A DNA stretch of 64,000 bases from the NCBI GenBank assembly GCA_035279405.1, contig DATEHU010000026.1, forward strand, positions 194,147-258,146. The letters are read 5' to 3'. The notes under the pieces were generated by a model. It worked only from the letters and a program-made list of their open reading frames with translations, did not search any database and was not told the origin of the DNA. Positions 16,512 to 26,578 of the stretch are shown one piece after another. Both the position numbers and the translations under genes were made by a program. How positions within the stretch are numbered: the first letter of the stretch is position 1; every line of letters starts with the position of its first letter. This DNA is from Gammaproteobacteria bacterium. Lineage in GTDB: Bacteria; Pseudomonadota; Gammaproteobacteria; Natronospirales; REEB76.

Positions 16512-17969
16512 ATGACACCGCAAGCTGTCAACGAAAGTCCCACGACGGCCGCATCTGATTTCCTGGGCCATCCGCGCATGCTGTGGGCACTGCTGGCCAC
16601 CACGGTCGGTATCAATTTCGCGTTCTACGGATTCCGCGCGTTCCTTGCGCCCTATGTAGCCGAAGCGTTCTTTTCGTCCCTGCCGCACGCCGATGCCTTG
16701 AAACAGGCGAATCTGTTGTTTGCGGGTTTTGGGGCGCTGCTGTACGCCACTACCATCGTCGGCGGCTGGGTCGCGGACAACGTGCTCGGCGAGGTGCAGG
16801 CGCTGCGCCTGTCGGTATGGCTCACGATCATCGGCTTGGTGTGCATGGCGTTGCCGGGGCGCGAGGCTTTCCTGCTGGCGCTGGCGTTTTACATTCTGGC
16901 CGCCGGCCTCGGTATTCCGCTGACCGTGCTTATCGGACGGAATTACCTGAAAACCGACCCGCGGCGCGACGCCGGCTACACGCTGTTCTATCTGGCCATC
17001 AATCTGGGCGCGTTTGTCGCGCCGTTCGTGTGTGCCAACTGGATCGGTGTGCACTACGGTTTCCGCTGGGGCTTCATTCCGGCCGCGGTAGGCGCCGCCG
17101 CCGCCGCAGTGATATTCGAGTGGAAACACCGGCGCGTGGTTACGTCCGGCGAAACTGTGCGCTTCCAGCGCCGCTGGTCCACGCCGGTCGTGGTGGTGAT
17201 CACGGTCCTGCTCTCGTACCCCTGCATGCTGCTTTTGTCCCATCCCGGCGTGCTGGCTATCTTGGTATACGCGCTGATGGCGTTGCTGGTGCTGTACTTC
17301 ATCGTGAGCAGCGTGCGCCGCGGCGATAGGGTGCAGAGTCATCGCTATATCGCGATGCTGCTGCTGTTCATCGCGCTGGTGCTGTTCTGGGCGTGGAGCC
17401 TGCAGAGCGCAAGTTCGCTGAATTTCTTCGCGCGCGATTACGTGGATGCGCCCTTCAATTTCACGCTCTATCAGTCGGCCAATCCGCTTTACATACTGAT
17501 TTTGGCGGTTCCGATTGCGATTCTGTGGCCGTGGCTGGACAAGCGCGGCATCAATCCCTCGACGCCGCGCAAGTTCGGCATCGGGCTCCTGCTCGTCGCC
17601 CTGAGTTACGGCGTGATGCTGGGCGCAACGCATTTTCTGCTGCGCCCCGACGGCCATATCAGTTGGTGGCCACTGCTTGTCTGTTATCTGTTCTCGACCG
17701 TGGGCGAGCTCTCGCTCTCGCCCATCGGCTACGCCATGATCGGCAAGCTCGCGGCGGCCAATGAAGCCTCGCTCGCCATGGGCGGTTGGTTCTTCGGCGT
17801 AAGTGTGGCCTATGACGTCTCCGGCCAGATCGCCGCGATGACCACGAGCGGCGGCATCGGCGGGTACTCACACGTGTTCGCGTTGCTGCTGGTGGTGGGT
17901 GTCGCGATTGCCATGGTCTATCTGGTGGCGGCACCCTGGATCGTGAAACTCATGCACGGTGTGCGGTGA
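16512..17969 (+). CDS. POT/PTR2-family (di/tripeptide-type) MFS transporter, atypical TM1 motif
   Basis: The protein is 485 aa and multi-TM, with GGWVADNVLG (PTR2-like) and FGIGLLLVALSYGVM. The canonical TM1 motif ExxERFxYYG is replaced by GINFAFYGFR. Confidence 0.75.
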   Translation: MTPQAVNESPTTAASDFLGHPRMLWALLATTVGINFAFYGFRAFLAPYVAEAFFSSLPHADALKQANLLFAGFGALLYATTIVGGWVADNVLGEVQALRLSVWLTIIGLVCMALPGREAFLLALAFYILAAGLGIPLTVLIGRNYLKTDPRRDAGYTLFYLAINLGAFVAPFVCANWIGVHYGFRWGFIPAAVGAAAAAVIFEWKHRRVVTSGETVRFQRRWSTPVVVVITVLLSYPCMLLLSHPGVLAILVYALMALLVLYFIVSSVRRGDRVQSHRYIAMLLLFIALVLFWAWSLQSASSLNFFARDYVDAPFNFTLYQSANPLYILILAVPIAILWPWLDKRGINPSTPRKFGIGLLLVALSYGVMLGATHFLLRPDGHISWWPLLVCYLFSTVGELSLSPIGYAMIGKLAAANEASLAMGGWFFGVSVAYDVSGQIAAMTTSGGIGGYSHVFALLLVVGVAIAMVYLVAAPWIVKLMHGVR

Positions 17970-17988
17970 TTCTGCCGTTATGGCCTGG

Positions 17989-18540
17989 TTACGGGCGCCC
18001 CGACGATTTTTGGGCGGCGCGTAGACGTGCGCGTTTGCGCCAGCGCATGCGGATGGACACCTGCCAGAGCACGCTGAGGGTCACGTAACCAATAAGCGCC
18101 AGCAGCATGCCGCCGACGATGCAGCCGAGCCACAGCGGCTCCCAGATGCGCGACAGTTCCATGAACAGCCAGTCGAATGACAGGTGGCGCGGGAACGGGT
18201 GGTGGTGCACGTGCAGCAGCAGGGCACCGAGGCGGTAATTGCCGTAGTAGATGGCGCCGAAGGTCAGGGGGTTGTTGAACCACACCGTGAGCACGGCCAG
18301 TGGCAGGTTCAGTCGCCAGTAGAACGCCGCCAGCACCGCCAGCAGCATGTGGCCGGGGATCGGTAGACAGCAGATGAACAGCCCGATGGCGATGGCGCCG
18401 GTGCTGCCGTGGCGATTGACATGCCACAAAGCCGGGTCGTAGAGCTTTTTCCGGAACGGCCGCACGTACCATTTGCCGCTGAGCCTGGCGCGCAGCTTTT
18501 GCCGGTCCGGCATCAGCTTGTTGAGGAACTTGCGTGGCAT
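17989..18540 (-). CDS. DUF2062-domain membrane protein
   Basis: Track ORF 17989..19095 trimmed to ATG 18540 (MPRKFLNKLMPDRQKLR). Supporting strings are GAIAIGLFICCLPIPGHMLLAVLAAFYWRLNLPLAVL and NNPLTFGAIYY. Confidence 0.75.
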   Translation of the reverse strand: MPRKFLNKLMPDRQKLRARLSGKWYVRPFRKKLYDPALWHVNRHGSTGAIAIGLFICCLPIPGHMLLAVLAAFYWRLNLPLAVLTVWFNNPLTFGAIYYGNYRLGALLLHVHHHPFPRHLSFDWLFMELSRIWEPLWLGCIVGGMLLALIGYVTLSVLWQVSIRMRWRKRARLRAAQKSSGRP

Positions 18541-18706
18541 CGGGCGGGAGCGTCTCCTGGGCGCACTCAGGGTTTGCAAGTGCTGTGGGACAAGCCTATA
18601 AACGGATGCGGGCTTGGCAGCATGCAGTTGCGGATGCACACGGCGTAAGCCCATTATTCCATGCTCCGGGGGCCGGGACGAAATCGTGGGAATCGCAGGG
18701 ATCGCG

Positions 18707-20971
18707 ATGTTGGCGGGCGTGCTGGCGGTGCTGGCACTGCCGGCATTACCTTCTGGGCAGGGCGTGCTGCTCATCGCTGCGCCCCTGGCAGTGCTGTTCT
18801 GGCTGTGGCGACCAACGCGCATCCTGATATGGGTGCTGGTCGGCTTTGCGTGGTGCTGGTTTTCCGCCCAGCAAAACCTCCATCTGCGTTTGGCGCCGGC
18901 GCTCGAGGGCCGTGATCTCAGCCTGAGCGGCTGGGTAGCGTCCATTCCCAGGATACGTCCGGAATACGCGAGCTTCGAGTTCGCGGTCGAGCGACTCGAC
19001 GGCCGTGTACCCGGCCACGGGATTCCTCGCCTGGTGCGTTTAAGCTGGTCCGATCTGACATCGGTGCCCGGGGCCGGGCAGCACTGGCAGCTCAAGGTGC
19101 GCCTGAAACAGCCTCACGGCTACATGAACCCCGGCAGTTTCGATTACGAAGGCTGGCTGTTCCGCCATGGCATCGGCGCCACGGGATATGCGGTTCGCGG
19201 ACAGGCCACGATGCTTGCGGACGGCGCACGCTTTCCGTTGTTGCGCGCGCGCGCCGCAACTTTACGGGCCATGCACACGGCGCTCGGTGATCACCCGTTT
19301 GCCGGTGTGGCGGCGGCGCTCGCGATCGGCGAAGGCGGCGCCATTGATGCGCAACAGTGGCGCGTCTTTCAAAACACCGGCACCGCACATCTGGTGACAA
19401 TTTCCGGCTTTCACATCGGACTCGTGGCCGGACTGGTGTTTTTGCTGGTCCGATTCCTGTGGCGGCGCAGCGCCTGGTTGTGTTCGCGCGTGCCGGTGCC
19501 GGTGGCCGGAGCGTATGCGGCCTTGCTGGCCGCTTGTCTGTACGCCGCCATGGCCGGGTTCTCGGTACCGACGCAGCGTTCGCTCATACAGTTGGCGGCG
19601 ATTGCAGGTGCGGTGCTGCTGCGCCGGCACGCGCGTCCCTGGGACATGCTCGGACTCGCGTTGCTCGGCGTGCTGTTGCTCAATCCACTGTCGGCGGGCG
19701 AGGTCGGCTTCTGGCTGTCGTTCGGTGCGGTGGCGGCCATCTTCTACGTATTCAGCGGCCGGCTGCACCTCACGCGCGGAAAATTCATGCAGTTGCTGCG
19801 CACCCAGTGGGCGGTGGGCATCGGTTTGCTGCCACTGCTGGTGTATTTCTTCCAGCGCGCCACGCTGGTGTCACCGCTTGCCAATTTCGTGGCCGTGCCG
19901 GTTTACAGCCTGCTGGTGGTGCCGCTGGTTTTGGTGGGCGTGGTGTTCCTGGGCGTCTGGCCCTGGGCCGGAGCTTTGATTCTCAAGCTCGCGGCCGGAG
20001 TCATGGCCATCACTTGGCCATTGTTCGAGCGTCTGGCGAATATGCCGGCTGCGCAATGGAGCGCGCCCGAACCATCCATGTTGGTGCTCGCCTGCGCCAT
20101 TGCGGGCACGCTCTGGCTGCTGCGGCCGCGGCGCATGCCCGCGCGCTGGCTTGGCGCGCTGTTGCTCCTGCCGTTGTTCGTGCATCGCCCGACGGTGATA
20201 CCGGAGGGCGGATTCAATCTCGCACTGCTGGACGTGGGCCAGGGTCTGTCCGCGGTGGTGCGTACCGCGCGCCACACGCTGGTGTACGACACCGGCCCGG
20301 CATTCTCCGAGTCCGATGCCGGGCAGCTGGTGGTGATTCCGTGGCTGCGCAGCCGCGCGCTTGGTGCGCCGGATTTGACCATCGTGAGCCATGGCGACAA
20401 CGATCACGCCGGCGGCTTGCGCAGTTTGCGCGACGCCTGGCCGGACATGCCGGTGCTGTCCGGTGCGCCGGCGCGGGTGGCCGGGGCGCAGCGCTGTGTG
20501 CGCGGCCAAAACTGGGATTGGGACGGTGTGCATTTCGAGATGCTGTCGCCCGCCGCGGGAGATTCAACGCGTGGCAATGACGCGTCGTGCGTGTTGCAGA
20601 TCAGCGGTGCCAGCAGCAGTGCGTTGCTGGTCGGCGACCTGATGCGCGAGGGCGAGCAGCGCCTGTTGCAGCGCGACGCGGTGCGCCTGGGCAGCGACGT
20701 GCTGGTGGTGCCGCATCACGGCAGCCGCACTTCGTCCGCCACGGAATTCATCGCGGCGGTGGCGCCGCACTTCGCACTGTTCCCGGTGGGCTATCGCAAC
20801 CGCTGGGGTTTCCCCAGCCCGCAGATCGTGCAGCGCTATCGGGATGCGGGTGCGAGCGTGCTGGATACGGTGTCTTTGGGAACGGTGGAAATGCGCCTGT
20901 GGCCGGGACAGCAACCCGCGGTGGAGCGCCGCTGGCGCCTGGATCACGCGCGCTTCTGGACGGCCGAGTAA
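18707..20971 (+). CDS. comEC: DNA internalization-related competence protein ComEC/Rec2
   Basis: The competence domain includes TGTAHLVTISGFHIG. The C-terminal metallo-beta-lactamase domain includes LLDVGQG, HGDNDHAGG and VVPHHGS. The start is uncertain (track start 18614; ATG 18707 chosen). Confidence 0.85.
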   Translation: MLAGVLAVLALPALPSGQGVLLIAAPLAVLFWLWRPTRILIWVLVGFAWCWFSAQQNLHLRLAPALEGRDLSLSGWVASIPRIRPEYASFEFAVERLDGRVPGHGIPRLVRLSWSDLTSVPGAGQHWQLKVRLKQPHGYMNPGSFDYEGWLFRHGIGATGYAVRGQATMLADGARFPLLRARAATLRAMHTALGDHPFAGVAAALAIGEGGAIDAQQWRVFQNTGTAHLVTISGFHIGLVAGLVFLLVRFLWRRSAWLCSRVPVPVAGAYAALLAACLYAAMAGFSVPTQRSLIQLAAIAGAVLLRRHARPWDMLGLALLGVLLLNPLSAGEVGFWLSFGAVAAIFYVFSGRLHLTRGKFMQLLRTQWAVGIGLLPLLVYFFQRATLVSPLANFVAVPVYSLLVVPLVLVGVVFLGVWPWAGALILKLAAGVMAITWPLFERLANMPAAQWSAPEPSMLVLACAIAGTLWLLRPRRMPARWLGALLLLPLFVHRPTVIPEGGFNLALLDVGQGLSAVVRTARHTLVYDTGPAFSESDAGQLVVIPWLRSRALGAPDLTIVSHGDNDHAGGLRSLRDAWPDMPVLSGAPARVAGAQRCVRGQNWDWDGVHFEMLSPAAGDSTRGNDASCVLQISGASSSALLVGDLMREGEQRLLQRDAVRLGSDVLVVPHHGSRTSSATEFIAAVAPHFALFPVGYRNRWGFPSPQIVQRYRDAGASVLDTVSLGTVEMRLWPGQQPAVERRWRLDHARFWTAE

Positions 20972-21043
20972 GCCGCCGGCGGCATTCGCCGGGCCGCTAA
21001 AATCCAGTATCATGCCCGGGGTTCGGCGGCGGGCGCGCAGTGC

Positions 21044-21706
21044 ATGATTGAAATCATCAAATCCGGCGGTTGGCTGATGCTGCCGCTCATCCTGTGTTCC
21101 ATCCTAGTGGTGGCCATCGTGGCGGAACGCCTGTGGACGCTGCAGATGCGGCGCGTGGCCCCGGAGCACCTGGCGGCGCAGGTGTGGAACTGGCTGAAAA
21201 ACGGCGAGCTTGACGACGAACGCTTGCAGGCGCTGCGCGCCGGCTCGCCGCTCGGCCGCATCCTCGCGGCCGGACTGGAGCAGCGCCACGCGAGCCGCAG
21301 CGCCATGAACGAAGCCATCGAGGACACCGGGCGGCACGTGGTGCATGAACTGGATCGTTACCTGATCACGCTCGGCACCATTGCCAGCATTTCGCCGCTG
21401 CTCGGCCTGCTGGGTACGGTGCTCGGCATCATGCATGTGTTTGCCGCGATTTCGACTTCCGGACTGGGCAATCCGGCGATGCTGGCCGGCGGCATTTCCC
21501 AGGCGCTGATCACCACGGTGGCGGGTCTGACCGTCGCCATCCCCGCGTACGTTCTGTACCGCTACCTGCGCGGCAAGGTGGACGATCTCGTGGTACGCAT
21601 GGAGCGCGAGACCACGCGCCTCATGCATGCGGTGCGCAGCGCGCACAATGAACCGCAGGCCCTGCCCGCGCTCAAGGCCGTGAGCGCGCGCGAGGGGCGC
21701 GCGTGA
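21044..21706 (+). CDS. exbB: MotA/TolQ/ExbB-family proton channel protein
   Basis: There are three TM segments. Supporting strings are TIASISPLLGLLGTVLGIM and ALITTVAGLTVAIPA. Confidence 0.85.
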   Translation: MIEIIKSGGWLMLPLILCSILVVAIVAERLWTLQMRRVAPEHLAAQVWNWLKNGELDDERLQALRAGSPLGRILAAGLEQRHASRSAMNEAIEDTGRHVVHELDRYLITLGTIASISPLLGLLGTVLGIMHVFAAISTSGLGNPAMLAGGISQALITTVAGLTVAIPAYVLYRYLRGKVDDLVVRMERETTRLMHAVRSAHNEPQALPALKAVSAREGRA

Positions 21707-22125
21707 AACTGCGCGCGCGCCAGTGGGAAGAGCCGGAGCTGAACATCATCAACTTCGTGGACGTGATGCTCATGCTGCTGGTGTTCTTCATGATGACCAC
21801 GCACTTCATCCAGAACACCAGCCTGAACTTGGAACTGCCGACCGCAAGCGTGGCGCCGGCGCCCACCGAGCTCAAGGGCATCGAAGTGACGATTGATGCC
21901 CAGGGCCACTATTACATCAATCAGCAGGCCGTGACCGGCACCAGTCCGGAAGCGGTACGCGCCGCGCTGCTGGCCGCGGCCGGTGCGCGTCGCGACGTGC
22001 CCATCATCCTGCGTGCCGATGCGCGCTCCAGTCACCAGTCGGTGGTCACAGTGATGAACGTGGCCGGTGAACTGGGATTCTCGCAACTGCAGATACTCAC
22101 CACCCAGCCGCCCGCGGAAAACTGA
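21703..22125 (+). CDS. exbD: ExbD/TolR-family biopolymer transport protein
   Basis: The sequence INFVDVMLMLLVFFMMT and the 140-aa size fit the family. The gene overlaps exbB by 4 nt. Confidence 0.85.
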   Translation: MKLRARQWEEPELNIINFVDVMLMLLVFFMMTTHFIQNTSLNLELPTASVAPAPTELKGIEVTIDAQGHYYINQQAVTGTSPEAVRAALLAAAGARRDVPIILRADARSSHQSVVTVMNVAGELGFSQLQILTTQPPAEN

Positions 22126-22126
22126 C

Positions 22127-23890
22127 ATGCGTTTTCTGCGCCTCGACGGCGGCGTGCTCAAGGTTTACCGGCGCCTGTTGGGCTACGTCGTGCCCTTCTG
22201 GCAGGTATTCGCGCTCGCCGTCCTCGGCATGGTGGTGTATGCGCTCACCCAGCCGGCGTTCGCCGCGCTGGTTAAGCCGCTGCTCGACGAGAGTTTCGTG
22301 CAGCACAACACGCAAAGCATCAGGCTGATTCCGGCGCTGGTAATCGGGTTGTTCGTGTTGCGCGGCGTGGCGGGTTTTTTTTCCACCTATTTCATCAGCT
22401 GGGTGGGGCGCAGCGTCATCAAGCGCTTGCGCGGCGAAGCCTTCGGCAAACTACTGCGCCTGCCGACGCGCTTTTACGATGCCACCTCGTCGGGCGTGCT
22501 GGTTTCCAAGCTCACCTACAACATCGAGCAGGTGGCGGAAGCCACCACCAATGCCATCACCGTCATGATCCGCGATGGCCTCACCATCCTCGGCTTGATC
22601 GCATGGATGTTCTACCTGAGCTGGGTGCTGTCGGCGTTCATCCTGGTGGTGGGTCCGCTGATAGCGTTGCTGGTGCGCTTCGTGAGCGATCGTTTCCGCC
22701 GCTACAGCAGCCGCATCCAGGACTCCATGGGCGACGTGACCCGGGTTTCCGAGGAAGTCATCGCCGGCCACCGGGTGGTGAAGCTGTTTGGCGGTCTGGA
22801 ACAGGAAAGCGCGAATTTCGAGCGCGTCAACGAGCACAACCGCTATCTCAACATGAAGCTGGTGCTGGTGAATGCCGGATCCAGTCCCATCATCCAGTTG
22901 CTGGCTGGCATCGGCATGGCGCTGGTGATCTACATCGCCACGCTGCCCACGGTGTTGCCGACGATTTCCGTGGGTACCTTCGGCTCGTTCCTGAGCGCGG
23001 TGTTGCTGCTCATGGCGCCGCTCAAGCACCTCACCGACATCAACGCGCCGCTGCAGAAGGGCATCGCCGCGGGGCAGAGCATCTTCGAGCTGCTGGATGA
23101 AGAGGGTGAAACGGCGGGCGGCAGCCGGTCCCTGACGCGCGCGCACGGGCAGCTGGAATTCCGTGAGCTGAGCTTCGCCTATACGGCTGCCAACGGCGCG
23201 GTGCTCAAGGATATTTCCTTCAGCGTAGCGCCCGGCGAGACCGTCGCACTTGTGGGCCGGTCCGGCAGCGGCAAGTCCACGCTCGTGAGCCTGGTGCCGC
23301 GCTTTTACGATCCGGGTGCCGGTGCGATTCTGCTCGATGGCCACGATACGCGCGAGTATGCGTTGTGCGACCTGCGCGAACAGATTGCGCTCGTCAGCCA
23401 GGACGTGGTGCTGTTCAACGATAGCATCCGCAACAACATCGCCTACGGCAGCCTGGGATGGCACACCGAGGCGGACATCGTCGCGGCGGCCGAGGCCGCG
23501 CACGTCATGGAGTATGTGCGGCAAATGCCGCAGGGGCTGGACACCATGGTGGGCGACCGCGGCGTGCTGCTCTCCGGCGGACAGCGCCAGCGCATCGCGA
23601 TCGCGCGCGCGTTGCTCAAGAACGCGCCGCTGCTGATACTGGATGAAGCCACATCCTCGCTGGATAGCGAGTCCGAGCGCCACATCCAGGCGGCGCTCGA
23701 ACGGCTCATGCACGCGCGCACCACGCTGGTCATCGCGCACAGGCTGTCCACGGTGGAGCGCGCGGACCGCATCATCGTGCTGGATCAGGGACGCATCATC
23801 GAATCCGGGCGGCATGCCGAGCTGCTGCAACGCAACGGCCATTACGCGCGCCTGTATCGCATGCAATTCCGCGACGTAGCCGTAGCCTGA
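22127..23890 (+). CDS. msbA: Lipid A export ABC transporter permease/ATPase MsbA
   Basis: Track ORF trimmed to ATG 22127 ([25 protein letters not shown]). Walker A is GRSGSGKST, the signature is LSGGQRQR and Walker B is LILDEATS. lpxK follows. Confidence 0.92.
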   Translation: MRFLRLDGGVLKVYRRLLGYVVPFWQVFALAVLGMVVYALTQPAFAALVKPLLDESFVQHNTQSIRLIPALVIGLFVLRGVAGFFSTYFISWVGRSVIKRLRGEAFGKLLRLPTRFYDATSSGVLVSKLTYNIEQVAEATTNAITVMIRDGLTILGLIAWMFYLSWVLSAFILVVGPLIALLVRFVSDRFRRYSSRIQDSMGDVTRVSEEVIAGHRVVKLFGGLEQESANFERVNEHNRYLNMKLVLVNAGSSPIIQLLAGIGMALVIYIATLPTVLPTISVGTFGSFLSAVLLLMAPLKHLTDINAPLQKGIAAGQSIFELLDEEGETAGGSRSLTRAHGQLEFRELSFAYTAANGAVLKDISFSVAPGETVALVGRSGSGKSTLVSLVPRFYDPGAGAILLDGHDTREYALCDLREQIALVSQDVVLFNDSIRNNIAYGSLGWHTEADIVAAAEAAHVMEYVRQMPQGLDTMVGDRGVLLSGGQRQRIAIARALLKNAPLLILDEATSSLDSESERHIQAALERLMHARTTLVIAHRLSTVERADRIIVLDQGRIIESGRHAELLQRNGHYARLYRMQFRDVAVA

Positions 23891-23903
23891 GTTTTCACCG
23901 GAC

Positions 23904-24935
23904 ATGACGCGCACCGGGTGGCACCAATGGCTGTTGCGCCGCTGGTATGGTTCCGGGCCGATCCGCCTGCTGATTCCGTTCTCGTGGCTGTTCATCCTGC
24001 TGAGCGCGATGCGGCGCGCCTGCTACAGGCACGGGATTTTCAGCACCGTGCACTTGCCCGTGCCCGTGATCGTGGTCGGCAACATCACGCTCGGCGGCAC
24101 CGGCAAAACGCCGCTGGTCATCTGGCTGAGCCGGGCCTTGCAGGCACGCGGCTATCACCCCGGCATCGTGACGCGCGGCTACGGCGGGAAATCGACGCAC
24201 TGGCCTCTCGCGGTGACTGCGGCAACGGCCGCCTCGGTCGCCGGAGACGAAGCGGTGCTGCTGGCGTGCGCCACGGGCCTGCCGGTGATGGCGGCGCCGG
24301 ATCGCGTGCAGGCAGCGCGACAACTGCTGCGTGATAAATCGGTTGACGTCATCGTGAGCGACGACGGATTGCAGCATTACCGCCTGGGCCGCGATCTGCG
24401 GATTCTCACGCTCGACGGCGAGCGCGGCTGCGGCAATGGCTGGCGGCTGCCGGCCGGCCCGTTGCGCGAGTCGGCGGCGGCCATCAAGCAGGCGGATATC
24501 GTGGTCTGCAAGAGCCGTTTGCCCGCCGGCATGGATTTGCCGCAGCACACACCCGTGATGCACATGAACATGACCGAAGCCGTGCGCCTGCGCGACGGCC
24601 TGCGCGTGCCGCTTGCCAACTTCCGCGGTCGCAGCGTACATTCGATCGCCGGCATCGGTCATCCGGAACAATTTTTTGCCTCGCTTGTGGCAAAGGGCAT
24701 TGACATCGAACCGCATGCCTTGCCGGACCACGCGGCACTGACCCGAGGCGACCTGTTGTTCGGCGATCAACGACCGGTGCTCATGACCGAGAAGGACGCG
24801 GTCCGGTGCGCTGGCCTGGATCTGCCTGACCATTGGTACGTGCCCGCGCATGGCGAATTTTCACGCGCACATGCCGAGGGCATAATGCGCGTGGTGGAAG
24901 AGTGTCTGGCCGGTCGCAGCGCAGCCGGCGCGTAA
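23904..24935 (+). CDS. lpxK: Tetraacyldisaccharide 4'-kinase LpxK
   Basis: The P-loop is in VIVVGNITLGGTGKTP. The msbA-lpxK-kdsB context supports the call. Confidence 0.9.
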   Translation: MTRTGWHQWLLRRWYGSGPIRLLIPFSWLFILLSAMRRACYRHGIFSTVHLPVPVIVVGNITLGGTGKTPLVIWLSRALQARGYHPGIVTRGYGGKSTHWPLAVTAATAASVAGDEAVLLACATGLPVMAAPDRVQAARQLLRDKSVDVIVSDDGLQHYRLGRDLRILTLDGERGCGNGWRLPAGPLRESAAAIKQADIVVCKSRLPAGMDLPQHTPVMHMNMTEAVRLRDGLRVPLANFRGRSVHSIAGIGHPEQFFASLVAKGIDIEPHALPDHAALTRGDLLFGDQRPVLMTEKDAVRCAGLDLPDHWYVPAHGEFSRAHAEGIMRVVEECLAGRSAAGA

Positions 24936-24967
24936 ACGTTCACAGTCTGCAACGAGGATAGAGTCGG

Positions 24968-25147
24968 ATGGATGCGAAGCTGCTGGAAATCCTGGTGTGC
25001 CCGCTGTGCAAGGGACCGCTGGTGTACCACAAGACCGAGAACGAATTGATCTGCAAACCCGACCGCCTGGCGTATCCGGTACGCGACGGCATTCCGGTGA
25101 TGTTGCAGGAGGAAGCCCGCGCACTCAGCAGCGACGAGCTCGCGTAA
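24968..25147 (+). CDS. ycaR: Trm112/YcaR-family small zinc-ribbon protein (UPF0434)
   Basis: My own translation (59 aa, below the track cutoff) is [53 protein letters not shown]. The stop abuts the kdsB ATG. Confidence 0.85.
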   Translation: MDAKLLEILVCPLCKGPLVYHKTENELICKPDRLAYPVRDGIPVMLQEEARALSSDELA

Positions 25148-25912
25148 ATGCGCTTCGCGGTGCTGATTCCGGCACGCATGGGTTCGCAGCGCCTGCCCGG
25201 CAAGCCGCTCGCGTCATTGCTGGGCAAGCCCCTGATCCTGCACGTGTGCGAACGCGCGCATGCCAGCGGCGCGGATCTCGTGCTGGTGGCGACGGATGAC
25301 GAGCGCATCCAAGCGGCCTGTCAGGCCGGGGGATTTCGTGCCGAGCTTACGCTGGCCACGCATGTTTCAGGCACCGACCGGATCGCGGAAGCACTGACGC
25401 GGCTTGACTGGCCGGACGACGGCATCATCGTCAACCTGCAGGGCGATGAGCCGCTGATGCCGGCCGGCACCATTCGCCAGGTGGCGGCGCTGTTCGACCG
25501 CCGCGAGGATGCGGAACTGGCCACGCTGTGTACGCCGATCCACTCACTCGAGGAATTTCTCAATCCCAATGTGGTCAAGGTGGTGGCCGACCAGCAGGGG
25601 CGGGCGCTGTATTTCAGCCGCGCGCCGATTCCCTGGGACCGGGACGGGGCGCCGGCGGGGGTGCAATCCCAGCAGCACTGGCAGGGGGCGCTGCGGCACA
25701 TCGGCCTCTATGCCTATCGGCCGGCGGTCTTGCGCCAATTGGCCGCCACGCCGGCCTGCGAACTGGAACGCATCGAACGGCTCGAGCAGTTGCGCGCCCT
25801 ATGGCTCGGTATGCGCATGCTCGTGGATCCGGCGCGCGAAATTCCCGGTCCGAGCGTGGATACGCCCGAAGACCTGAAACGCGCCGCAGAATTGCTGCGG
25901 CAATCCGAGTGA
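25148..25912 (+). CDS. kdsB: 3-deoxy-manno-octulosonate cytidylyltransferase KdsB
   Basis: Supporting strings are VLIPARMGSQRLPGKPL and IVNLQGDEPLM. Confidence 0.92.
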   Translation: MRFAVLIPARMGSQRLPGKPLASLLGKPLILHVCERAHASGADLVLVATDDERIQAACQAGGFRAELTLATHVSGTDRIAEALTRLDWPDDGIIVNLQGDEPLMPAGTIRQVAALFDRREDAELATLCTPIHSLEEFLNPNVVKVVADQQGRALYFSRAPIPWDRDGAPAGVQSQQHWQGALRHIGLYAYRPAVLRQLAATPACELERIERLEQLRALWLGMRMLVDPAREIPGPSVDTPEDLKRAAELLRQSE

Positions 25913-26430
25913 TGCGAGACTCCGCACATACCACCGGCGTGCTGTTCGTGTGCATGGGCAACATCTGCCGTTCACCGACCGCCGAAGGTGTGTTCAGAAA
26001 ACTGCTGGCTGAGCGTGCGCCGAAATTAAAAGTGCATGTGGATTCCGCCGGCACCCACGATTACCACCTCGGTCAGGCGCCGGATGTGCGCGCCATCGCC
26101 GCGGCGCGCGCGCGGGGCATTGATATCCAGCGCCACCGCGGCCGCCAGGTATCGGCGGCCGACTTCGAAGTGTTTGATTACGTCCTCGCGATGGATCGCG
26201 CCAATCTCGCGGAATTGCGCGCCATCCAGCCGCGCGCGGCGCGCGCCGAGCTGAACTTGCTGCTGGCCTATGCGGCGCATAGCCCGGTGGACGAAGTGCC
26301 CGACCCGTATTTCGGCGGAGCCGACGGCTTCGTGCGCGTGCTGGATCTGGTGGAGCTGGGAGCGATGGGCCTGTTGGCCCACATCCGCCGCGGTGGCGCG
26401 GTGGAAGTCGGACCTTCCCGTCAGCGGTGA
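25912..26430 (+). CDS. Low-molecular-weight protein-tyrosine phosphatase
   Basis: Track ORF 25528.. trimmed to ATG 25912, which overlaps the kdsB stop. The active site is VLFVCMGNICRSP and the DPY motif is VPDPYFG. Confidence 0.88.
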   Translation: MRDSAHTTGVLFVCMGNICRSPTAEGVFRKLLAERAPKLKVHVDSAGTHDYHLGQAPDVRAIAAARARGIDIQRHRGRQVSAADFEVFDYVLAMDRANLAELRAIQPRAARAELNLLLAYAAHSPVDEVPDPYFGGADGFVRVLDLVELGAMGLLAHIRRGGAVEVGPSRQR

Positions 26431-26578
26431 GGGTGGATCGGTCCGTCCGCGGCGCTGCGATCCGTGGTCAGTGCCGCTTGCATGGCAATGCGCAACCGCG
26501 GTCCGTGCGTGGCTGATCTACGTCACCGGTTGCACCGCGCGATGCCCCTGAGTTGCTCCCTTCGGAGCGTCCCGCCGA

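Noticed and set aside
22375-22382. T8 homopolymer inside msbA as a possible slippage site
   Set aside because: It encodes GFFS in a TM segment of an essential gene. A run of 8 T is short, and there is no evidence of frameshift. It is considered ordinary coding sequence.
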